64,000 nt of DNA from Chitinophagales bacterium. Lineage in GTDB: Bacteria > Bacteroidota > Bacteroidia > Chitinophagales > LD1. Positions 58,846-64,000 of this stretch are shown here, piece by piece. The notes below the pieces were generated by a model, which saw only the letters and a program-made list of their open reading frames with translations, made no database searches and was not told the DNA's origin. The position numbers and the translations under genes are program-made. The DNA is taken from NCBI GenBank assembly GCA_046329555.1, contig JAXLUK010000005.1, positions 91,186 through 155,185 on the forward strand, written 5' to 3'. Position 1 is the stretch's first letter, and every line of letters starts with the position of its first letter.

Positions 58846-58865
58846 CCGGCAAATGAAGGGTTTGC

Positions 58866-59837
58866 CTACCACTTCAGCAAGTAGGCAAAAATAAGCGGTG
58901 CCACAATGGTGGCATCTGATTCAATAATGAATTTCGGCGTGGTGATATCCAGCTTGCCCCAGGTGATTTTCTCATTGGGAACAGCACCTGAATAAGAACC
59001 ATAAGAAGTGGTGGAATCAGAAATTTGGCAGAAATAACTCCAGAACGGAACATCATGCCATTCCAAATCCTGATACATCATTGGCACCACGCAAATCGGG
59101 AAATCGCCGGCAATACCGCCGCCAATCTGGAAAAAGCCCACACCTTTGCCACCTGAATTTTTGCGATACCAATCAGCCAGCCATACCATGTATTCAATGC
59201 CGCTCTTCATGGTGGAAGCCTTGAATTCGCCCTTAATCACATAAGAAGCGAAAATGTTACCCATGGTAGAATCTTCCCATCCCGGAACTACAATCGGAAT
59301 ATTTTTCTCTGCAGCCGCCAGCATCCAGGAGTTCTTCGGATCAATCTCATAATACTGCTTTAAATCGCCGCTCAGCAACAATTTATACATGAACTCGTGC
59401 GGGAAGAAGCGCTCCCCTTTGTCATCAGCCTCTTTCCAAACCTGATGAATGTGCTTCTGCAACCGGCGGAAGGCTTCTTCTTCCGGAATACAAGTATCGG
59501 TTACACGGTTGTAGTGATTTTCCAGCAAATCCCATTCTTCCTGCGGAGACAAATCGCGGTAATTGGGCACGCGCTTGTAGCTGTTGTGCGCCACCAGATT
59601 CATAATGTCTTCTTCCAGATTAGCCCCTGTACAACTGATGATGGCTACTTTATCCTGGCGAATCATTTCGGCCAGCGACAAGCCCAATTCGGCCGTACTC
59701 ATAGCACCCGCCAGGGTAATCATCATTTTTCCGCCTTCTGCCAAATGGGTTTCATAGCCTTTGGCCGCATCTATTAAAGCCGCTGCGTTGAAATGGAGAT
59801 AATGCTTGGTGATAAAATCGCGAACTGGTGACGACAT
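58866..59837 (-). CDS. Deoxyhypusine-synthase-like protein (probably homospermidine synthesis)
   Basis: [46 protein letters not shown] and SDATIVAPL. Confidence 0.92.
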   Translation of the reverse strand: MSSPVRDFITKHYLHFNAAALIDAAKGYETHLAEGGKMMITLAGAMSTAELGLSLAEMIRQDKVAIISCTGANLEEDIMNLVAHNSYKRVPNYRDLSPQEEWDLLENHYNRVTDTCIPEEEAFRRLQKHIHQVWKEADDKGERFFPHEFMYKLLLSGDLKQYYEIDPKNSWMLAAAEKNIPIVVPGWEDSTMGNIFASYVIKGEFKASTMKSGIEYMVWLADWYRKNSGGKGVGFFQIGGGIAGDFPICVVPMMYQDLEWHDVPFWSYFCQISDSTTSYGSYSGAVPNEKITWGKLDITTPKFIIESDATIVAPLIFAYLLKW

Positions 59838-59882
59838 AGTTGAAATTTTAGGCCGCGAAAGTAAGAAAAGATAGGCAAGGCG

Positions 59883-61748
59883 CTATACAATCAACACCGC
59901 ACATTGCACCCGGTGTTGCACGGCCCTGATGGTTTCGCCGAAAATAAAATCCTGTACCCCCGCATGGCCGTGCGAACCAAATACCAGCAAGCCGGCATTC
60001 ACCTGTCGTACCAAATCGGGGATGACCGTCTTGGCATCGCCAAAGCCCAGGTGTAATTGTATCTGGAATCCCTGTGCGGCGAGCTGCGTTTTGTAGTGTT
60101 GCAGCATCTTCCAGTCTTCGTGCGTTTCCTGATCGCGCGTTTCGGCACCCGTGGCCCGCGCCACCGCCGATTCTACCACGTGAATGAGGTGATACTGCGT
60201 GCTGGTTTTGCTGCCATGCGCCAATCCTTCTAACAAAGCCTTGGTATCGCTGGAAGAAAAATCCAAACAAATCGCCACCTGCTGATACTCGCGTTTTTCG
60301 ATAAGCGGCAACACATCCGGCGGCTGATGCATAGTGCCGGTTTGCGGTCTGGCGCGGCCCAGCAACGGATACACCGTAGCCACCACCAACAGCACAAACG
60401 CCACGGCCACCAACGGAAGAATAACGCCATCAAATAACCACGGCATGGCCGATAATTGCTGCCGCCATTCGACCAGCGTCTGAATCACTAAACGAATATT
60501 GAGCGCCACAATAATGATGGCCGACAGCCAGGCCGCGGCTTTTACTACGGGGCCAATCGCAAACTGGCCCATCGTTTCCTTATTACTTACAAAATGTATT
60601 AATGGAATGACGGCGAAACCTAATTGCAAACTCAGCACCACTTGGCTGAAGATGAGCATATCACCTACTTTTTCTTCACCCAAATAATAGATCACCGCTA
60701 CGGCGGGAATGATGGCCAGCGCGCGGGTGATGAGGCGGCGCAGCCACGGCGCAATGCGTAAGTCGAGGTAGCCTTCCATGATGATCTGCCCGGCCAGCGT
60801 ACCGGTAATGGTGCTGCTTTGTCCGGAAGCAATGAGCGCTACGGCGAATAGCACTGGCGCCAAAGCCTTGCCCATCAACGGTTCCAGCAATCCATGCGCA
60901 TCCTGAATTTCTACAATACCGAAATATCCTTTGCTGTAAAATACGGCGGCCGATACCACTAATATGGCTGCGTTCACGAAGAAGGCGAGGTTGAGTGCAA
61001 TGGCCGAATCAAAGAAATTATAGCGGATAGAGCGGGCGATACTGGTGGCATCGGTGCCGTTGCGGCGCGTTTGTACCAGGGATGAATGCAGATACAAATT
61101 GTGCGGCATCACCGTAGCGCCAATTATTCCGATGGCGATATACAAGGCCTCGTTATTCAGCGCACCGGGAATAAATCCGTGCAGGAGCGGCGATAGTTGC
61201 GGCCTGGCGAAAAACAACTCAATAAAAAAGCATCCGCCGATGATGGTCACCAGGCTGAAGATGAACAGCTCCATGTACCGAATCCCTTTTTGTTGCAGGT
61301 ACAGAATAAGGATGGTATCCAGCGCGGCTAAGCCAACGCCATACAACAACGGCACATGAAAAAGCAGATTCAGGCCGATAGCCATACCCAGCACTTCGGC
61401 CAGATCGCAGGCCGAGATGGCTATTTCGGCCAGGATATACAACGCCAGATTGATGGCCCGCGGATACATCTCGCGCGAGGCCTGCGCCAGATCTTTGCCG
61501 CGCACAATGCCCAGGCGTGCGCTTAAACTCTGCAGCAACAGCGCCATGCCGTTTGATAACAACAGTACCCAAAGTAATTGATACCCAAACTTGCTGCCGC
61601 CGGCAATGTCGGTGGCCCAGTTGCCCGGATCCATGTAGCCCACGCACACCATGAAAGCCGGACCGATGAATAGCACAAAGCGCTTCCACCAACCCATGGT
61701 GCGGGTGGTGTCAATAGTGCCGTGAACTTCTTCGAGGGAGTGCGCCAT
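59883..61748 (-). CDS. mntH: Nramp divalent metal transporter with C-terminal universal-stress-protein domain
   Basis: GYMDPGNW, IIGATVMPHNLYLHS and SGQSSTITGTLAGQ; USP tail GSHGH...IFG. Confidence 0.95.
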   Translation of the reverse strand: MAHSLEEVHGTIDTTRTMGWWKRFVLFIGPAFMVCVGYMDPGNWATDIAGGSKFGYQLLWVLLLSNGMALLLQSLSARLGIVRGKDLAQASREMYPRAINLALYILAEIAISACDLAEVLGMAIGLNLLFHVPLLYGVGLAALDTILILYLQQKGIRYMELFIFSLVTIIGGCFFIELFFARPQLSPLLHGFIPGALNNEALYIAIGIIGATVMPHNLYLHSSLVQTRRNGTDATSIARSIRYNFFDSAIALNLAFFVNAAILVVSAAVFYSKGYFGIVEIQDAHGLLEPLMGKALAPVLFAVALIASGQSSTITGTLAGQIIMEGYLDLRIAPWLRRLITRALAIIPAVAVIYYLGEEKVGDMLIFSQVVLSLQLGFAVIPLIHFVSNKETMGQFAIGPVVKAAAWLSAIIIVALNIRLVIQTLVEWRQQLSAMPWLFDGVILPLVAVAFVLLVVATVYPLLGRARPQTGTMHQPPDVLPLIEKREYQQVAICLDFSSSDTKALLEGLAHGSKTSTQYHLIHVVESAVARATGAETRDQETHEDWKMLQHYKTQLAAQGFQIQLHLGFGDAKTVIPDLVRQVNAGLLVFGSHGHAGVQDFIFGETIRAVQHRVQCAVLIV

Positions 61749-61799
61749 CGGGGCATAAAGGTATAAGGATATCAGGCAAACAACAAGAAAGTTGCCTGC

Positions 61800-62291
61800 C
61801 TACGGAATCTTCTCAACAAAACGCACCTCGCTAGATGAGGTGAAATCGGCACACCTAATTTTGACTTTAGAAAAATGGAGGCCATACTTTTCTGAAAAGT
61901 AGATCAACAACGTATCCAGATGACGTAATGCCTTACTGAAATGTTTGCTATTCGTAAAGTACGCCTGATTATCACCTAACTTACCATCTTTTAAATTCAC
62001 CAGGTAGCGAGACCTTCTGGAAAGCACTTGCAACTTTTGATAGGCGGTAAATACGTGTTCCGGAAGCGCGCAAGGTGAAAGCCGGTTGAATGGGTTTATG
62101 GCGTTTTCTACATCCTTATGCTTTCGAAACTGAAGATGGGCATTTGAAATATGAGCATTGATGAGATGCAATCCGGCGTAGAAGCAAGCCGTTACCTGCC
62201 AGTCATCACAATCCGGTACACTGGTGTTGATACGTTGCATGAAGGCAAGATTCCGCTCTGCCTGCAATAGGTGTTCTTTAAAGGAGGGCAA
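61800..62291 (-). CDS. HEPN-like domain protein (putative toxin)
   Basis: EHLLQAERNL helix, DWQVTACFYAGLH and YQKLQVLSRRSRY resemble UPF0332-type HEPN motifs. Confidence 0.6.
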   Translation of the reverse strand: MPSFKEHLLQAERNLAFMQRINTSVPDCDDWQVTACFYAGLHLINAHISNAHLQFRKHKDVENAINPFNRLSPCALPEHVFTAYQKLQVLSRRSRYLVNLKDGKLGDNQAYFTNSKHFSKALRHLDTLLIYFSEKYGLHFSKVKIRCADFTSSSEVRFVEKIP

Positions 62292-62294
62292 GGT

Positions 62295-62768
62295 TTAGCT
62301 GATTAGTGACTCGTAGTGATGGGGGATTTTGATATGGTCGGAAGCTTCAACAATCATACTATTCATCGTGAAGCCCGGATAAAATTCAGCATTAATTTTG
62401 GCTTCTGCCAATAAAAGCCTGTCTTCAGTAGCTTCGTCGCCATCTTGTATTTCAGCCCAAACCAACACTTCGCTTTCATTGAAATTAAAGGCCAGCTTTA
62501 GCGGCAATTGCCCTTTCAGCTCCTGTACATAAGCGGCAACAATTTTCCTGACAAAATATTGCTGGCGAGCCGATTCGTGCAGCTTAAACACATCGTCTAA
62601 ATTTCCAGTAATCAAGGTGTCAAAAAACTTTTTGTCAGCAGCTGAGGCAGTTTCTGTTTCCAATTTCAACTGCTCCACTTTTAGCTTTGCAATGAAATCG
62701 GAAAACCACGCATCATACTTGCTTCCTAAAAGTTCAGGTGAATTGACTTTGGGCTGCATTTTTTTCAA
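62295..62768 (-). CDS. Acidic hypothetical protein, putative antitoxin/degenerate nucleotidyltransferase-like partner
   Basis: 3 bp upstream of the HEPN-like gene; C-terminal VLVWAEIQD.D...ED.L..AE..IN pattern. Confidence 0.55.
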   Translation of the reverse strand: MKKMQPKVNSPELLGSKYDAWFSDFIAKLKVEQLKLETETASAADKKFFDTLITGNLDDVFKLHESARQQYFVRKIVAAYVQELKGQLPLKLAFNFNESEVLVWAEIQDGDEATEDRLLLAEAKINAEFYPGFTMNSMIVEASDHIKIPHHYESLIS

Positions 62769-62870
62769 ATGAATAAATCAAATATAGGAAAAACGCCGTT
62801 GTGAAAGCTGCGGCCCGAATATAGTGTAGAAGCAATACCCGTAAAAAAAGGCTTTGGGGCCTAACCAATT

Positions 62871-63188
62871 TTACATCCCGCACCTTTCGCGCACGCGGCG
62901 CTTAAATTCCTCGCGCTCTTCGTCGCTCATGTGCTGCATCTTCATCTTCATTCGCTCGCGCCAGAAACGCTGGCCATTGCTGTTGTTCATCCACCTAAAA
63001 CCAAATCCGCCAAACAACATCCGCGATATCACCAGCAAGCCCAGCGCCTGCCAGTACGTTATGGTTCCCAGATGCAATACATCCGGAATAATCGCATTCC
63101 ACAGATACTGAAAACCCAGAATCAGCAGGAAGAAAAGCCCTACGGCCACAATGGTTAGCGCTATTCCCTTTACGATCCGTGTTAACAT
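62871..63188 (-). CDS. Small membrane protein associated with ECF sigma factors
   Basis: LWNAIIP.V..L..ITYWQALGLLVISRMLFGGF plus a charged tail MSDEEREEFK. Confidence 0.8.
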   Translation of the reverse strand: MLTRIVKGIALTIVAVGLFFLLILGFQYLWNAIIPDVLHLGTITYWQALGLLVISRMLFGGFGFRWMNNSNGQRFWRERMKMKMQHMSDEEREEFKRRVRERCGM

Positions 63189-63206
63189 ATCGGTGTGTTT
63201 AATCAG

Positions 63207-63785
63207 TTATTGAAAAACTTCTTCGTACAAGCCTTGCAACTCGCTTCGCAGAAACAATACGGCATATCGTTTTCTGGATAACAACGTATTCAGATTGGCA
63301 CCGGTGATTTCAGCAATCTCCTGAAAACTTTTATCCTCCAGCTCGTGCATCACAAATACATCGCGCTGATCCTTCGGCAGTTTTTCCAGTGATTCCGTAA
63401 TCGTTTTCATAATCAGCTCATTCATCATGGCCGATTCTGGCGTGCCGTCATTGGCCGGTAGCATATCGCTTAACGATAAGGTGTCGCCGTCTTCACTGGC
63501 GCTTACACGCTGATCATCCAGCAATCCGGCCCGTTTTTTCCGGTAGAAATCAGTAATGCGGTTTCTGGCTACGGTGAACATCCAGGAAGCTACCTGCTCA
63601 ACCGGACGCATCACGCGGAACGAATTCACAAATTCATACATCACATCCTGCAAAATGTCTTCTGCATCTTCGGAAGTAGGTACCCGCTGACGAATAAAAT
63701 TCAACAACCGCTTGCTTTCTTTACGAAAGGCGTTTACCACTTTTACGTTTGCTGAATCAGGCATGGTGAGCGCAATAGTAGTCAT
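63207..63785 (-). CDS. ECF (sigma-70 family) RNA polymerase sigma factor
   Basis: DAEDILQDV, WMFTVARNRITDFYRKK, LPKDQRDVF and TLLSRKRYA. ATG at 63785. Confidence 0.94.
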   Translation of the reverse strand: MTTIALTMPDSANVKVVNAFRKESKRLLNFIRQRVPTSEDAEDILQDVMYEFVNSFRVMRPVEQVASWMFTVARNRITDFYRKKRAGLLDDQRVSASEDGDTLSLSDMLPANDGTPESAMMNELIMKTITESLEKLPKDQRDVFVMHELEDKSFQEIAEITGANLNTLLSRKRYAVLFLRSELQGLYEEVFQ

Positions 63786-64000
63786 TTGAATGCTAATGTG
63801 GGATTGTAGACGCGCTGCGAAAAGGAATATTTTAATTCCTTCAACATTCTTTCCAATCAACAGAAAACCAGTTGCTTATAACTGCCTGAATACCCTGCAA
63901 GGGCAAGTCCTTTTTTAGCCTAAATTAACGCTTGCGGGCAGGTTGCTTCGTCTTTTTTGCGGGCTTCAGAATGTCATGCCCCATTTTATCGCGCTTGGTT

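Overview
A 64-kb Bacteroidota chromosomal segment, probably Chitinophagales-like (inferred from T9SS C-terminal sorting domains, TAnnTTTG-type promoters and gene content). Most of it is housekeeping or envelope function: mreBCD, rlpA, two different icd genes, ribF, dnaB, a GH3/beta-lactamase fusion, msrA, nadE, tag, tkt, ppk2, recO, coaX, rpsA, a methylmalonyl-CoA mutase large subunit, a deoxyhypusine-synthase-like gene, mntH and an ECF sigma factor. I found no rRNA, tRNA, true CRISPR array, integrase or transposase. The main unexplained structure is a non-coding mosaic element present as two 1.1-1.2 kb inverted copies (39478-40695, 45421-46498) and one rearranged partial copy (17679-18164). 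Together they carry 21 copies of a 16-bp palindrome-derived motif (ideal form ATCGTAATATTACGAT), mostly spaced 49-57 bp apart, plus long hairpins and REP-like modules. Four of the motifs lie directly upstream of an ArsR/SmtB-family gene that lacks the usual Cys ligand motif, which suggests a mobile operator-array system. Other notable items: a 1502-bp tandem duplication that gave a T9SS substrate the sorting domain of its upstream neighbour, a putative HEPN toxin with a non-canonical partner, a GxxExxY nuclease gene followed by a 7-unit tandem repeat, and a 504-aa helical protein between two T9SS cargo genes. All functional calls come from motif recognition only; no database searches were run.
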